A stretch of 64,000 nucleotides of DNA from Cytophagales bacterium (GTDB lineage Bacteria > Bacteroidota > Bacteroidia > Cytophagales > CCMP332), in assembly GCA_965227315.1 (NCBI GenBank), contig OZ245737.1, positions 859,517-923,516 on the forward strand, in the 5' to 3' direction. Position numbers and translations under genes: made by a program. This document shows, one piece after another, positions 19,404-29,374 of this stretch; the first letter of the stretch is position 1, and every line of letters begins with the position of its first letter. The notes beneath the pieces are model-generated. The model made no database searches. It saw only the letters and a program-made list of their open reading frames with translations, and was not told the origin of the DNA.

Positions 19404-22247
19404 TTAGTTTGAAGAATCGCGAACTTTTAGCACCATTCCGGAATAGAGAACATTGCTGTCAAGTCCGTTCATTTGGCGAAGCCTTGAAACACTTAGGTTA
19501 TATTTTTTGGCGATATCAAACATAGTATCACCCTCTTTGACCACATATTTCCCCGGGCTGACCTCACCGTATGCGGTCTCCTGAGGCTCAACGATCAGCC
19601 TCCATCCGATCTGGATCCTGTTGGAACTGAGACCATTGATCTCCTTGAGCTGGTCAACACTCATCCCATGCATTTTCGCGATACTGTAAAGCGTGTTCAG
19701 GGGTTCAACCACATAGTATTCCTGCCCCTCCTTTAAGGGTGGTAATTGAAGTTGCTCCGTTTTCAACATAGAACCGGAACTGGCCCGCTGAGCCGATGCC
19801 ATGGTCACCGGTGCTATCAACCCGTTATCTCCGGTTCTCCTGACCCTCAATGGCGTCAGTGCATCGATCTGATCTTTGTCCAGATTGTTCACCCTCATCA
19901 ATTCTTCCTTGGGCATGTTAAATAATTCCGCAACGTCAGCAAGGCTGGATTGGGATTCCACTACGTAGGTCATCATCAGGGTTTCGTATCTATGCCCTCC
20001 GGTCACCATGAATTCAGCCCTTCGGTTGATCCTTCTTCCAACTGCGCTTTCATTGCTTCCAAGAGGTTGTAACTCACCCATTGCATTGATCACAAGAGAG
20101 CTTGGCTTTGCTCCTCTGTTCTCAAGATACTTCTCAATCTCTTCACCTCTTTTCTGGGAAAGATCCTTGTTGTAATCTTCTCCCCCAATGGCATCCGCAT
20201 AAGCTGATATTTCCACTTTTGAATCGGGATTGTCCTTTAAATAGGTCGCCAATTCATCCAGGGTCATTTCTGCCTCTCTCCGGATCTTATAATCGTTAAA
20301 GTCAAAATAGATATTCTCGAATACCGTTGCTCCCATCGGGGCTTCGGCTTTTGTCCAGATCAGCTTGGTTTCACCACTGATGTATTTTACATCAGAGATC
20401 AGGGAAAGAAAATCCTCATCTACCACAATGTTGTAATTCCTATCTGAATCAAGATTCTCAAACCTAACGGCACCCAAATGATCGGTCGTAGTCCTTTTCA
20501 GGATATTTCCTTCATCATCAACCAGAAGCACAGGTACATCAACAGCAGGCTCACCGGATTCTGCGACCATAATGGTCGATAGAATGGCAAACTTTCCGAT
20601 CTCTTGCAGTTGGTCTCTCAGGATCACAGCGAGAACCTTCCCATGTCTTGTTTCGGAAAGGTCAATATCCCCGTTAGCGCCGGAATAGAAAACAGTGGAA
20701 TTCAGATCATCGCGTTCCTCCTCAAGCATGACCTGATAACCTTTATCGGAGGTTAGGTCATCAAACTCCACCTGTCCATACTGGTCTGTTTGAGCTCTTT
20801 TTATCAGGTTACCCACCTCATCCGTCAGAAGAACAGGTACATCATGTGCAGGATCTCCGGATTCCGAATAGGTCAGGGTGGCTAAAACCTTAAAAACATC
20901 CTTAAAATTGACACTATCACTATTGACCTTGGCAAGAATGATCTCCTTGGATTCAATATTGAAGTAATAGATATCATCACTACCTGCTCCACCTTCCCTA
21001 TTGCTGGCCATAAGGCCCTTTTTATCTCCCAAATGGAAGTAAAAATCATCCCTGTTCGAATTAAAAGGAAGTCCCAGGTTCCGTGGCTCTCCGCCATCTT
21101 CGAAGAAATACTCAAAGATGTCCAACCCGCCGAAACCCTTTTGTCCGTTACTCACAAAGAACAAAAGCTTCTCCTTGGCATAATACTGAGGAGCCATGTC
21201 AAGAAACGGGGTATTCACCTTCGGGCCAAGATTCCTTGCAGGATTCCAATCTTCCCCAGGGCCTGACTTCGTGCTATACCAGATATCATTGTTCCCAAGA
21301 CCATCGGGTCGATCACTCACAAAGAAGATCGTATCGCCTGTTGGCGTGAGGGTCGGTTGCTTGGTTTCAAAGCCTGGTGTGTTGATCTCATCCGGTAACC
21401 TTTGAGGTTGGATCCACTTCCCGTCCTTTAGTTCGGAAACATAAATTGCGCATGGGTATTCATCTTCAAGGCAACTCGTATAGTATATCTTCTGGCCCCC
21501 ATTTGTAAATTCTGCTGCACCATCGTTCCTAACAGTATTGATATCCGAGAAGTTATCCCGGTCGTCATATTGCTCCCATTTATTGGGACCCGTCTTCTTG
21601 AATCGAAAGATGTCGGTGTATTGACCTCCGAGTCTTACATCGATCTCATTTCCCTTGGTTCCCTCCCTTGAAGAGGCAAGAATGATGGACGAGTCGTTCT
21701 CAAAAAAGGCCGGGGCATATTCCGAAAATTCCGTGTTTACAGGGCTTGGAAGCAGCTCAAACTTATAGTCTCGTAAAGGTTTTTTAAGCTCGTTCATGGC
21801 AAGTTCACAGCCCGCCTGCTCCAGTTTTGCCTCAGTTGTATAGATGGTATCCTCCTCCACTTCCGGCTGATAAGCGGAAAGGAATTTGTCAAATTCTCCC
21901 ACCGCTCGTTGGTATCTTCCATTGCTCTTCAACATCATGGCATACCAGAACCTGACCAGCGGATATTCTTTGTCCGCTCCCAATTTGCCAGCCTGCAGAT
22001 ACTGCTTTTCGGCCTTCAGATAGTCAAAATACAACCTGTAGCATTCGGCAAGCCTGTAGTTCAGATAGTAGTTATTGGGATCATCCTTTAGGGCCCGATT
22101 GTAATAATCTGATGCCAGGTAATACTCTCCGTTTTCGAAGTACTTATCTGCAACTTCAATTTCCGCATCCGACTTTTTTTGAGCCAAAGCCCCGGAGAAG
22201 GGCATGGATACAATGATAAAGAACAGCAGCGCGATTATATTTTTCAT
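19404..22247 (-). CDS. PorE-like OmpA-family protein: TPR, PD40 beta-propeller, 2x CarboxypepD_reg-like, OmpA_C, 3x LysM
   Basis: Signal peptide ..SMPFSGALAQ. TPR region (YYNRALKDDPNNYYLNYRLAECY). PD40-type repeats (TGDTIFFVSDRPDGLGNNDIWYS). Two VPVLL(T/V)D(E/D)xGN units. OmpA motifs (NIYFDFNDY...NRRAEF). Three LysM units (YVVKEGDTMFDIAKKYNLSVSRLRQMNGL and two more). Confidence 0.85.
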   Translation of the reverse strand: MKNIIALLFFIIVSMPFSGALAQKKSDAEIEVADKYFENGEYYLASDYYNRALKDDPNNYYLNYRLAECYRLYFDYLKAEKQYLQAGKLGADKEYPLVRFWYAMMLKSNGRYQRAVGEFDKFLSAYQPEVEEDTIYTTEAKLEQAGCELAMNELKKPLRDYKFELLPSPVNTEFSEYAPAFFENDSSIILASSREGTKGNEIDVRLGGQYTDIFRFKKTGPNKWEQYDDRDNFSDINTVRNDGAAEFTNGGQKIYYTSCLEDEYPCAIYVSELKDGKWIQPQRLPDEINTPGFETKQPTLTPTGDTIFFVSDRPDGLGNNDIWYSTKSGPGEDWNPARNLGPKVNTPFLDMAPQYYAKEKLLFFVSNGQKGFGGLDIFEYFFEDGGEPRNLGLPFNSNRDDFYFHLGDKKGLMASNREGGAGSDDIYYFNIESKEIILAKVNSDSVNFKDVFKVLATLTYSESGDPAHDVPVLLTDEVGNLIKRAQTDQYGQVEFDDLTSDKGYQVMLEEERDDLNSTVFYSGANGDIDLSETRHGKVLAVILRDQLQEIGKFAILSTIMVAESGEPAVDVPVLLVDDEGNILKRTTTDHLGAVRFENLDSDRNYNIVVDEDFLSLISDVKYISGETKLIWTKAEAPMGATVFENIYFDFNDYKIRREAEMTLDELATYLKDNPDSKVEISAYADAIGGEDYNKDLSQKRGEEIEKYLENRGAKPSSLVINAMGELQPLGSNESAVGRRINRRAEFMVTGGHRYETLMMTYVVESQSSLADVAELFNMPKEELMRVNNLDKDQIDALTPLRVRRTGDNGLIAPVTMASAQRASSGSMLKTEQLQLPPLKEGQEYYVVEPLNTLYSIAKMHGMSVDQLKEINGLSSNRIQIGWRLIVEPQETAYGEVSPGKYVVKEGDTMFDIAKKYNLSVSRLRQMNGLDSNVLYSGMVLKVRDSSN

Positions 22248-22313
22248 AATGCTGGTTGAAGAGATCAGCCTATTTTTTCTAAAGAAATAAAAAAAAATCC
22301 AGCCGAGAAAGTT

Positions 22314-24653
22314 CTATTCCTCGTCCTCAGGAGCCTTTACTATGTAAAATTCCACCCTACGACTATATGCAGAGCCCTTTTCTTCAGGGTCGGTTACACC
22401 GGGAATACTCACGGTACTGAGGTCAATTGTTACTTTGGTTTCCTCTCCCATCGGGTATAGTACAAGGGAACTTTCATCTACCTGGCGAAGTCTTAGGTAT
22501 TCCAAAACCGAATTAGCCCGGGCAGCGGATAGCTTGCGGTTGAACTCGGCATTTCCGACCGTGTCCGTATAGGCTGAAATATCCACCTGGATAGTCGAAT
22601 TGTCCTTATAATACCTACCTAGGTCATCCAGAGTCTGCTTTGCATATTGATTCAGATCCTTGGAGCCAAAATCAAAATAAATGTTCTCGAACTTCACGTT
22701 CTCGATCACCGATTCATAGCGCTTGAGGTTCAATTCATTGAATACCACGGAATTATCCGGATTATAATTTGGATCTTCCCGATCCAGGATCACTTTGTAA
22801 TTCCTGTCCGTATCAAGATTTTCGAACCTCATAAAGCCCTTTTGGTTTGTTCTTCCTTTCTTGATGACATTTCCATCTTCATCTAAAAGCAAAACAGGAA
22901 CTCCACCCGCCGGTTCTCCTCCCTCTTCATAGGAGATACTTCCCAAGAGGGCAAAACCTTTAAAATCACCCAATGAATAGTCGGAACCCTTGTTATCCAT
23001 TTTTAAGGTCGCCTGTGGCTGATCCTTGAAATACACCAGACTCAGGTTATCGACGACCTCAATATCATTGATGAAATACCTCATGTCCGCTTGTAGTGCC
23101 GGATCATCAGAATCGATGACAATCCGATAACTTCTATCCGTGGGGATCTCTTCGAAGCGAACGAGTCCATCCGAATCCGTGGTAGTGGTTTTCAGGATCT
23201 TGCCGTTGTCATCGACCAACATCACCTTGACATTAGAGGCCGGATTGTCTCCTGATCCCGAATAATGGATCCTGGTCAGAGCGGTATACTGTTTGAAATC
23301 GTCGAGATACTCGTTCGCAACCATTTTGATGAATTTCTTCCGGCTGGCATATTCAAAAGCATAGATATCGGTCTTTCCCTTACCACCCTCACGGTCGGAT
23401 GAAAAGTAACCCTTTCGTTTTCCCAGAACCAGATAAAAGTCATTTCTACTTGAGTTGAATGGCATTCCAAGATCCTTCACAAAATCCAGGTTATCCCCTG
23501 TGGCCATATAGAGATCAACACCGCCAAATCCCTCGCGTCCGTCAGAGGCAAAAAAGAACGTATGCTCCTTTGGATAATAAGATGGAGAAATATCGGCAAA
23601 CGGAGTGTTGATCCTCGGGCCCATGTTTTTAGCGGCTCCCCATTCCTCGGCCTTGGTTTTGGTAGAGTACCAAATATCCTGCATCCCCTCACCACCTGGT
23701 CTCTCCGAAACGAAAAACAGGGTATCGCCCTTGGGAGTGATAAAGGGGTGTTTATTCTCGGTTTTTGGTGGGTTGATGTTCTCGTTCAGTTTTTCGGTGT
23801 ACCAGGATTTACCCTTTTTCTTGGCCACGAAAATGGCGCAGTTCCCGTCTTCCTCCTGACAGGCTGTGTAATAGAATTTCTTTCCTCCTTTAACAAAGGA
23901 TCCCGGACCATCATTTTTAAAGGTATTCGATACCGATAGGAAGGCTGAACCATTGCTGATTGACCATCTGTTGGTCCTTTTGTTCCATTTCACATAGAAA
24001 TTATCGGAATAGAAGATCTCAGCTTCCTTGTCTTTATTGTCCTGTTTTACCCCTTTTCGATCGGAAGTCAATACAAACATCGAATCGGATACGAGTCCCG
24101 GCGCATACTCATCCGCACCGGTATTAATTGGTCTGTCAAGATTCTCAAAACGAATATCCCTTTCCTTTTTCTGAAGTTCCTTTAATGCGATCCTGCAACC
24201 TTCGGCTTCAAGCACCGCCTTCTCCTTCAGGATCTGGTCCTGCTCCGAGCTTCCATGAAAATTTTCCACAAAGTGATCAAGGATCCCCTTGGCCTCTTCG
24301 AATTGGCCGTTCATCTTGGTGGTCACCCCATACCAGAAATACGCATGAGGAAATTCATCAGCAGCCCCTTTTGCTACGACCTCATAATATTTCTCGGCCT
24401 TGGGGTAGTCGAAAAGCTCATAGTACAATTCCGCCAATTGATAGTTGGCATAGTAATTTTTGGGGTTTTCGTCTATTTCCTTTTCATAGTATTCAAGCGC
24501 ACTGTAACCCTCACCCATTTTCAGGTATTTGTCTGCGATCTTTACATTCTGGGTTAGATATTCCTTTTTAACCTGGTTATCCTGGCCGACCGAAGAGGTC
24601 ACGACGAATAGAACTGCTACCATGGGCAGCAGAAGTCTAAGGTAAACTTTCAT
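22314..24653 (-). CDS. PorE-like OmpA-family protein: TPR, PD40 beta-propeller, 2x CarboxypepD_reg-like, OmpA_C
   Basis: A paralog of the downstream gene: TPR (YYEKEIDENPKNYYANYQLAELY), PD40 repeats (KGDTLFFVSERPGGEGMQDIWYS), VPVLLLDEDGNVIKK, and OmpA (NIYFDFGSKDL...SRRVEFYIV). Confidence 0.85.
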   Translation of the reverse strand: MKVYLRLLLPMVAVLFVVTSSVGQDNQVKKEYLTQNVKIADKYLKMGEGYSALEYYEKEIDENPKNYYANYQLAELYYELFDYPKAEKYYEVVAKGAADEFPHAYFWYGVTTKMNGQFEEAKGILDHFVENFHGSSEQDQILKEKAVLEAEGCRIALKELQKKERDIRFENLDRPINTGADEYAPGLVSDSMFVLTSDRKGVKQDNKDKEAEIFYSDNFYVKWNKRTNRWSISNGSAFLSVSNTFKNDGPGSFVKGGKKFYYTACQEEDGNCAIFVAKKKGKSWYTEKLNENINPPKTENKHPFITPKGDTLFFVSERPGGEGMQDIWYSTKTKAEEWGAAKNMGPRINTPFADISPSYYPKEHTFFFASDGREGFGGVDLYMATGDNLDFVKDLGMPFNSSRNDFYLVLGKRKGYFSSDREGGKGKTDIYAFEYASRKKFIKMVANEYLDDFKQYTALTRIHYSGSGDNPASNVKVMLVDDNGKILKTTTTDSDGLVRFEEIPTDRSYRIVIDSDDPALQADMRYFINDIEVVDNLSLVYFKDQPQATLKMDNKGSDYSLGDFKGFALLGSISYEEGGEPAGGVPVLLLDEDGNVIKKGRTNQKGFMRFENLDTDRNYKVILDREDPNYNPDNSVVFNELNLKRYESVIENVKFENIYFDFGSKDLNQYAKQTLDDLGRYYKDNSTIQVDISAYTDTVGNAEFNRKLSAARANSVLEYLRLRQVDESSLVLYPMGEETKVTIDLSTVSIPGVTDPEEKGSAYSRRVEFYIVKAPEDEE

Positions 24654-24671
24654 ATGTCGAAATTAGGAAAT

Positions 24672-25715
24672 TTAGATTTTCGGAGTAGAGAATCTTCTCC
24701 GTTTCTTTTCCTTGGCCTGACGTAGGGTCAATGTGATCTCATATGCGCCCAATCCTCCGGTAACACGCGAAAGAGAACTGGCATTAAAATCATAGCTGAA
24801 TCCCAGGGTATAGTATTGATTGTCGAGCCCGATCGAAAGGATAGCGGCATCTCCTACCCTATACCAGCCTCCAAGGACGAGGTCGGTCTTTGCCAATAGA
24901 CCAAGGGGCGTATCGAACATCCTATAGGTATAATACAGACCTGCATTGACCTGCATAAGGCCTGCAGTATACTGGACAAGGATATTGGGAGAAATATCGG
25001 ATTTTGAATTCATATGGATCTCAAATCCACCATGGTATTTAAAAAGCAAGGGAACCCTAGATGTTTGCCCATCGATGAAGGACTCATTGGGCATATTAAC
25101 ATTGCTGATCACCAATCCATTATAGGCACTCATACCGGTAAACAGATATGATTGTTTGGGATTATAATAAAAGAGTACTCCCAGGTTAAACACCGGGTAT
25201 ATCACATTATCCTTTAATGTGCCTTCTCCTGAATTCAGGTTTGGATTAAACCCGGAATGAGGGTCAAATTGGCTACCAAATTCAAGGCTGGCAAAGTCAA
25301 AGTTCTTCTGCACAACGCCGATCTGTCCCCCGAAAGAGAACACTCTCAGCTTCTTCCTGTCCAGGGGAAGGTTATAGGCAAATGAGCCCATCACCATGTT
25401 GGTTGTAAAGTTTCCATCACCGGCCCTGTCCTTAAAAAAGGTCAAACCAGCTCCGCCATAATGCTTCTTGCGGAACCCTCTTTGCCTTAACGGAGCGATC
25501 AGCGATACCTGAGTGGTGATATAGGGCTGAACCGCGGTCGCCCATTGGGATCGAAAGGCCGAATTCAAGGCAAGCGTCTCGTAATTGCCAACAAGCGCGG
25601 GGTTGAGAAACAATGATGAGGCATAGTATTGCGAAAAAGTAGCTTGCTGCGCCCTCGCACCCAGGGAGAAGATCCCCAACAGCAGAAAAAGCAATATCGT
25701 TTTTCTCAATCTCAT
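24672..25715 (-). CDS. PorP/SprF-family type IX secretion system membrane protein
   Basis: Signal peptide, then AQQATFSQYYASSLFLNPALVGN (the PorP/SprF N-terminal signature), followed by a beta-barrel-like remainder. The ATG at 25715-25713 directly abuts the TAG of the adhesin gene at 25718-25716. Confidence 0.85.
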   Translation of the reverse strand: MRLRKTILLFLLLGIFSLGARAQQATFSQYYASSLFLNPALVGNYETLALNSAFRSQWATAVQPYITTQVSLIAPLRQRGFRKKHYGGAGLTFFKDRAGDGNFTTNMVMGSFAYNLPLDRKKLRVFSFGGQIGVVQKNFDFASLEFGSQFDPHSGFNPNLNSGEGTLKDNVIYPVFNLGVLFYYNPKQSYLFTGMSAYNGLVISNVNMPNESFIDGQTSRVPLLFKYHGGFEIHMNSKSDISPNILVQYTAGLMQVNAGLYYTYRMFDTPLGLLAKTDLVLGGWYRVGDAAILSIGLDNQYYTLGFSYDFNASSLSRVTGGLGAYEITLTLRQAKEKKRRRFSTPKI

Positions 25716-28700
25716 CTATCTGATCAGGTTCACAGTTCCGGCCTTTTCAAACGACTCTCCGGATCGGAATTTGCCTTTAATATAGTAAGTATAAACGCCT
25801 TGTGGCACATTTCCTCCACCAAGGCTGGTGCTTGTTCCATCCCAGCCCACAAATTTGGCTTCTCCGATATCGGTTGTGCTATAGACCTTGGTTCCCCATC
25901 TGTTGTAGATGGTCAATTCGAATTCCGATGCCTGAACATTGTATCCGTAAACCTTGAACGTGCGGTTTTCAGCGTTTGAACTGTTTGGTGAGAAGGCATT
26001 CGGCAAATAGACCTGTTCGTTGTTTGTTACCGTAAACGGCAGGAAGAAGGTATCGGTACAGCCATTGGCGTTCTCTGCAAGGACACCTGTCATGAATTCA
26101 CCGGCTGAAGCATAAACATGAACAGGATCTACTCCAACACCTGTAGCATCACCGAAATCCCAGAAATATTCAAATGCTGTTTTATCCTCCAGTACAAACT
26201 GTACCGGTTGATCGATCTCACCAACAGGCACCGAAGTCACATACCTCGCTGAGGGAGCATCCAGGAAGCTGATCACCGTATCATCTTCAACCACCAGGCA
26301 TGGATTCGACACTTCCACATTGAAATTCACGGCACCCTGATCCAGGTCAGATGGCACATAGAATGCGGTATCCTGATCAGGATTGATCAGATTGCCCAAA
26401 CCATCGGTGGTCCAAAGTATGCTAATGCTATCACCAGTAAAGAGTCCTGTGAGGAGGACGGTGTCGTTGTTACAATAGGTGTTGGTGTCTACAAGGATGA
26501 CCACCCCGGGATTTTGCAATTCATACACTTCAAAAACTTCAGATGTGTCTTTGCAGTCATCTCCGTTGATCAGAATCAATTGCCATAGCCCTGGTTCATC
26601 TACCGTCACAGTACTGCTTGGGAATGAATCTTGTGTAAACAGATTTCTCCATAGATAGGAAATAACATTGTTATCAGCACTGCTCAGAACCGTGGAATCT
26701 CCCGGACAAATAATACTATCTCCCAAGATCGTGGCATTTGGTATTCCAAACACGGTCATAAAGGCAGAATTCGAAAGTTCCGAGCATCCCCCTAGAGTGG
26801 TGACCCGGACGCTGTAATCGCCGGTGCTGTCTACTACATAAACCGAATCAGTCGCGCCCTGGATAGAATCTCCATCTCTGAACCATTGATAGGTATAGCT
26901 GGTATCCTGAGGAGTAGCGATGAGGATCACGGGCTCATTCGCGCAGAAACTCTGAGGATTGGTTGGCAACATGATCACCTCTGCCAATGTATCCACCTGA
27001 ATAAAGAAGGTATCGAACCTGGTACAGGTTTCAAGTGTGGCTTCAAGGACCACATAAGAGTTTTGCTTGGCCAAGCCCCAGTTCACCAATAACTGACTAC
27101 CGGTCCATGTAATATTGTTGGGGCCATTTGGCTGCTGATCGTTGATAAATGGAGTGATCAGAGTATTCGGTTTCACATTGCTGAGCGTATAGCTTCTGGT
27201 GCTGCCATCGGCACAGGCAGCAACCGGCCAGTCGTCGATCACGATATTTCCGGGATCTTCAGAAATATGAATTGCCAGAAGCGAATCGGTACGACAACCC
27301 GCAGCATTTGTTTGCTGAAGCTCGACGGTGAATGATCCGTTTTGCTGAATAACAAGGACCAGGGTATCATTTGTTACCCCGCCAAGCTGAGATACCACGG
27401 TAACACCCTGTTGTACATCCCAGAAATAAGTATGAGTCGGATCAGGATTGGTGCTCCAGAAAGAGATGGTATCAAATTCCAATTCACAGATGGTATCCCC
27501 GGGAATTGAGCTGGCAATACCTGTAACAGGAGCCGGTGTTAAGGTAACATCCTTGTAAACCGAATCGTAGCAGGGTCCGTTGGTCACGCTGAATGCAACC
27601 CAACCTGTAGGCCCGGTTCCCCATTGAACCGTGACAGTACCCTGACCTGAACTGATGATGGTTCCATTCGGAGAAACATATGAATTATAATTCACTGTCG
27701 ACCATGGACTGAGGCTGTCAACATTGTAAACAACCACCGAACCTTCGCAGGTATCGGTACTACCGCTGAACTCCGCGAATACATTCCTGAATGTCTTAAT
27801 AACTATGGTATCCGTGGATTCACAATTCGCAGAATTGGGGTCTATTCTGGATACCACCAGCGTATCCTGACCGAAATTGCTGAATTGTATGGTATCACGG
27901 AATCCAAGGAAGCCCACACCTGAGAAATTATGCGGCTGGTTCGCAGAACCAGCAGTCAGGTTCCAATCATAACTATCGCCAACTCCAAGGGAGGCTTCAA
28001 AAATTCCCGTACTATCCTGACATATCTCTACCGGTCCTGTTATGGTTACGCCGGGTTTGTTAAAGATCCTGATCGTGGTATCCGTATCAACAGGGCAAAG
28101 CACCACACCGGAAGGATCAGGGCTGAATGTCAGGACAGAAGCCACAGGACTTATCCAGTCAATTGTTACAGTAGCCGTACCCGTGGCAGGAGGCTGGATC
28201 GAGCCATTCGCATTGCTCAAACTCCATGAGCCCGGCACATCAGCCGTATATACCTCAGCTTCCGGCGCACAGACGGTATCCAAACCTGTGATATTATATT
28301 GTTGAAGGGTATCTACGATTACCGTCACCTGGGTGGAGGTATCTGTACATCCGTTGCTGTTGATGATCATCAAAGAGTAATCTCCAGCAGAATCGGTCAC
28401 CATATTGGAGGATCCGAGTGTAGGTCCGAATACAGTATCCACACCATTGTAAACCCATGTATAGATGCTGGTCGGGAATACACTGTCAGCAGCCAGGGTT
28501 ACCGAATTGCCAGGATAAGCACAGAATCGTGCTGTTCCGGCTATGGTATCGACTCCAACCCATGGAAGCGGGTTCAACTCCAGATACACCGTATCAGAAA
28601 CGGCATCGCAACTTCCATCATTGATACTCACATAGTATCCATCTTCCACGAAGATGTCTATTTCATCAAAAGGAGGACTTGGATTAGGAATAGCTCCCTG

Positions 28701-29363
28701 TGCTATACCGAACCAGGAGTATGTAATTATACCACTGGCGGTGGCAGATAAGGTAAATGTATCACCATCGCAAATCGAAACCGTTCCGAAAGTATCCAGG
28801 GTTACAATTGGCAATGCCCTAACTGTGATCGCCAATGAATCAGATATTCCCAAACATCCAAGCGGAGTTTCATAGGTCGCAAAATACCTTCCGGAGTCCT
28901 GTGCAAAGATCTGGAATTGACCATTGGTCAGTAAGGTGTCATAAGGCGTCACCACACCGAGGGAATCTCTGAACCAACGGATACTTGCGGTATCGTAGTT
29001 GGAGAAATTATTCAATTGGATCAACGGCGGAGTTGGGCTTCCGAAGCAAATATCCGTTGAGCCGGATATCACGGATATACCTTCCTGTGCGACGATCTGA
29101 ACTTCAACATTCACAGTATCGGACAGTGTGAAGCAACCGTTAAGTCCAACAACAACGCAATGGAAATCTCCGTCGATCACAAATCCACCATTGCCGAATA
29201 CGATCTTACTCGAATCAATACCACGGAATACGGTATCAGGCTGTACACCAGCTGTATTGATCCAATAATAGGTTTGCCCTGCCACTTGTGGTACCTCCAA
29301 ACTATCACGTTCAATATCGCAAATGGCAATGTCCGTATTATCTACCAGGGTAGCATCCGGCAC
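25716..29363 (-). CDS. C-terminal segment of the giant adhesin: Ig-like Cys-framed modules, a PKD-like domain and a T9SS type B (gliding-motility-associated) C-terminal sorting domain. It has no signal peptide of its own.
   Basis: The C-terminus VYLPNAFSPNSSNAENRTFKV...LTIYNRWGTKVY...WDGT...PQGVYTYYIKG...GTVNLIR matches the type B CTD. A PKD-like YFWDFGDATG..PVHVY lies upstream of it. The called start is a GTG and the frame stays open upstream into the 7010-aa ORF. Confidence 0.85.
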   Translation of the reverse strand: MPDATLVDNTDIAICDIERDSLEVPQVAGQTYYWINTAGVQPDTVFRGIDSSKIVFGNGGFVIDGDFHCVVVGLNGCFTLSDTVNVEVQIVAQEGISVISGSTDICFGSPTPPLIQLNNFSNYDTASIRWFRDSLGVVTPYDTLLTNGQFQIFAQDSGRYFATYETPLGCLGISDSLAITVRALPIVTLDTFGTVSICDGDTFTLSATASGIITYSWFGIAQGAIPNPSPPFDEIDIFVEDGYYVSINDGSCDAVSDTVYLELNPLPWVGVDTIAGTARFCAYPGNSVTLAADSVFPTSIYTWVYNGVDTVFGPTLGSSNMVTDSAGDYSLMIINSNGCTDTSTQVTVIVDTLQQYNITGLDTVCAPEAEVYTADVPGSWSLSNANGSIQPPATGTATVTIDWISPVASVLTFSPDPSGVVLCPVDTDTTIRIFNKPGVTITGPVEICQDSTGIFEASLGVGDSYDWNLTAGSANQPHNFSGVGFLGFRDTIQFSNFGQDTLVVSRIDPNSANCESTDTIVIKTFRNVFAEFSGSTDTCEGSVVVYNVDSLSPWSTVNYNSYVSPNGTIISSGQGTVTVQWGTGPTGWVAFSVTNGPCYDSVYKDVTLTPAPVTGIASSIPGDTICELEFDTISFWSTNPDPTHTYFWDVQQGVTVVSQLGGVTNDTLVLVIQQNGSFTVELQQTNAAGCRTDSLLAIHISEDPGNIVIDDWPVAACADGSTRSYTLSNVKPNTLITPFINDQQPNGPNNITWTGSQLLVNWGLAKQNSYVVLEATLETCTRFDTFFIQVDTLAEVIMLPTNPQSFCANEPVILIATPQDTSYTYQWFRDGDSIQGATDSVYVVDSTGDYSVRVTTLGGCSELSNSAFMTVFGIPNATILGDSIICPGDSTVLSSADNNVISYLWRNLFTQDSFPSSTVTVDEPGLWQLILINGDDCKDTSEVFEVYELQNPGVVILVDTNTYCNNDTVLLTGLFTGDSISILWTTDGLGNLINPDQDTAFYVPSDLDQGAVNFNVEVSNPCLVVEDDTVISFLDAPSARYVTSVPVGEIDQPVQFVLEDKTAFEYFWDFGDATGVGVDPVHVYASAGEFMTGVLAENANGCTDTFFLPFTVTNNEQVYLPNAFSPNSSNAENRTFKVYGYNVQASEFELTIYNRWGTKVYSTTDIGEAKFVGWDGTSTSLGGGNVPQGVYTYYIKGKFRSGESFEKAGTVNLIR

Positions 29364-29374
29364 AGGTAGAACAG

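Noticed and set aside
28299-28751. A 150-aa plus-strand ORF, together with many similar 60-150 aa plus-strand ORFs across 25.7-50.4 kb (for example 33575-34024, 36311-36742, 45171-45554 and 49454-49852).
   Set aside because: All are antisense shadows inside the giant minus-strand gene. Their translations are low-complexity or Arg/Ser/Cys-rich with no motifs, and the minus-strand frame is uninterrupted with clear domain content.
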